Source: Octopus sinensis
Lineage: Eukaryota
Length of the DNA: 64,000 nt
Direction of reading: 5' to 3'
Assembly (NCBI RefSeq): GCF_006345805.1
Contig: NC_043000.1
Location: forward strand, 25,234,001-25,298,000
Part shown: one piece after another, positions 62,828 to 64,000 of the stretch
Layout: every line of letters begins with the position of its first letter
Position numbering within the stretch: position 1 is the first letter of the stretch
The notes under the pieces: model-generated
Seen by the model: only the letters and a program-made list of their open reading frames with translations
What the model was told of the DNA's origin: nothing
The model's database searches: none
Position numbers and translations under genes: made by a program

Positions 62828-64000
62828 CATGGGTAGTAAGCCAGAGATCACTCTCAAATAATTTTCAGTTCCTTTTTTTATCATTCCAGGTGCTCCTACA
62901 ATCACTAGTATTGTAACTGCCTTGAGATACCACATTTTTTTCGATTTCAGTTACCAAATCTTATATTTTCTGAACTTGTCAAATTCTTTTGCCGAGATAT
63001 TATTATCACAAGGAATACTAATGCCGATCCGTAAACAGACTTTACTGCTTTGGTCTTTCACAACAATACCTGGTTTATCAGCTTTGATGGTTCTGTCTGT
63101 ATGTACTGGAAAGTCTCAAAGAATCGTTACATTTTTCTCCCTCGGTTACAACCTCAGGCTGGTGCTTATACCTATTTCTTTACTGCCCAAAAGTGGCTAC
63201 ACACAGAGAGGACAAACAATGACATACAAACGGATTAAGTCGGTTATATCGACCCAGTGCGTAACTGGTACTTTATTAATCGACCCCGATAGGATGAAAG
63301 GCAAAGTCGACTTCGGCGGAATTTGAACTCAGAACGTAGCGGCAGACGAAATACGGCTACGCATTTCGCCCGGCATGCTAACGATTCTGTCAGCTCGCCG
63401 CTGGTGCTTATACCATTGCTGTCGTTGTTGCTGCTGTTATTCCAAAACTATTACATGGGTAGTAAGCCAGAGATCACTCTCAAATAATTTTCAGTTCCTT
63501 TTTTTATCATTCCAGGTGCTCCTACAATCACTAGTATTGTAACTGCCTTGAGATACCACATTTTTTTCGATTTCAGTTACCAAATCTTATATTTTCTGAA
63601 CTTGTCAATTCTTTTGCCGAGATATTATTATCACAAGGATACTAATGCCGATCCGTAAACAGACTTTACTGCTTTGGTCTTTCACAACAATACCTGGTTT
63701 ATCAGCTTTGATGGTTCTGTCTGTATGTACTGGAAAGTCTCAAAGAATCGTTACATTTTTCTCCCTCGGTTACAACTCAGGCTGGGCGTATACCTATTTC
63801 TTACTGCCCAAAAGTGGCTACACACAGAGAGGACAAACAAGACATACAAACGGATTAAGTCGGTTATATCGACCCAGTGCGTAACTGGTACTTTATTAAT
63901 CGACCCCGATAGGATGAAAGGCAAAGTCGACTTCGGCGGAATTTGAACTCAGAACGTAGCGGCAGACGAAATACGGCTACGCATTTCGCCCGGCATGCTA
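62828..64000 (-). mobile_element. Tandemly duplicated unit (period ~626 bp): R4/Dong-like endonuclease fragment plus nested SINE-A
   Basis: Minus frame WYKHQPEVV...VTIL*DFPVHTDRTIKADKPGIVVKD....C..I.ISIPCD.N...KE..K..KY...VIVGAPGMIKKG; SINE TSD GCTGGTGCTTATACC (63158-63172, 63400-63414); second copy starts at 63454. Confidence 0.88.

Overview
AT-rich eukaryotic DNA, dense in microsatellites and made up largely of transposable-element debris. The SINE content and the (TA)n/(CA)n/(TATG)n density suggest a cephalopod (Octopus-like) genome; this is inference. No host protein-coding gene can be supported, and most ORF-track entries are microsatellite or SINE read-through. Recognisable content: degenerate LINE fragments (L1/Tx1, CR1, RTE, R4/Dong), a Penelope-like (Neptune-type) GIY-YIG fragment followed by a complete-looking type I hammerhead ribozyme, three near-full-length decayed mariners, one internally deleted and one non-autonomous Helitron, several MITEs, and many tRNA-derived SINEs of at least three families (called A, B and C here). 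There is a 100-N gap at 29893-29992. The most interesting signals are: (1) a small element joining a tRNA-like segment, a microsatellite and a minimal hammerhead, with a Penelope-style inverted duplication (18604-18967; second copy 58894-59072); (2) SINE-A occurring as ordered concatemers with fixed junctions and two alternative tails; (3) a structured 397-bp-period element with identical 168-bp direct repeats inside (TA)n. All family assignments come from motif recognition by eye, and many boundaries are approximate.
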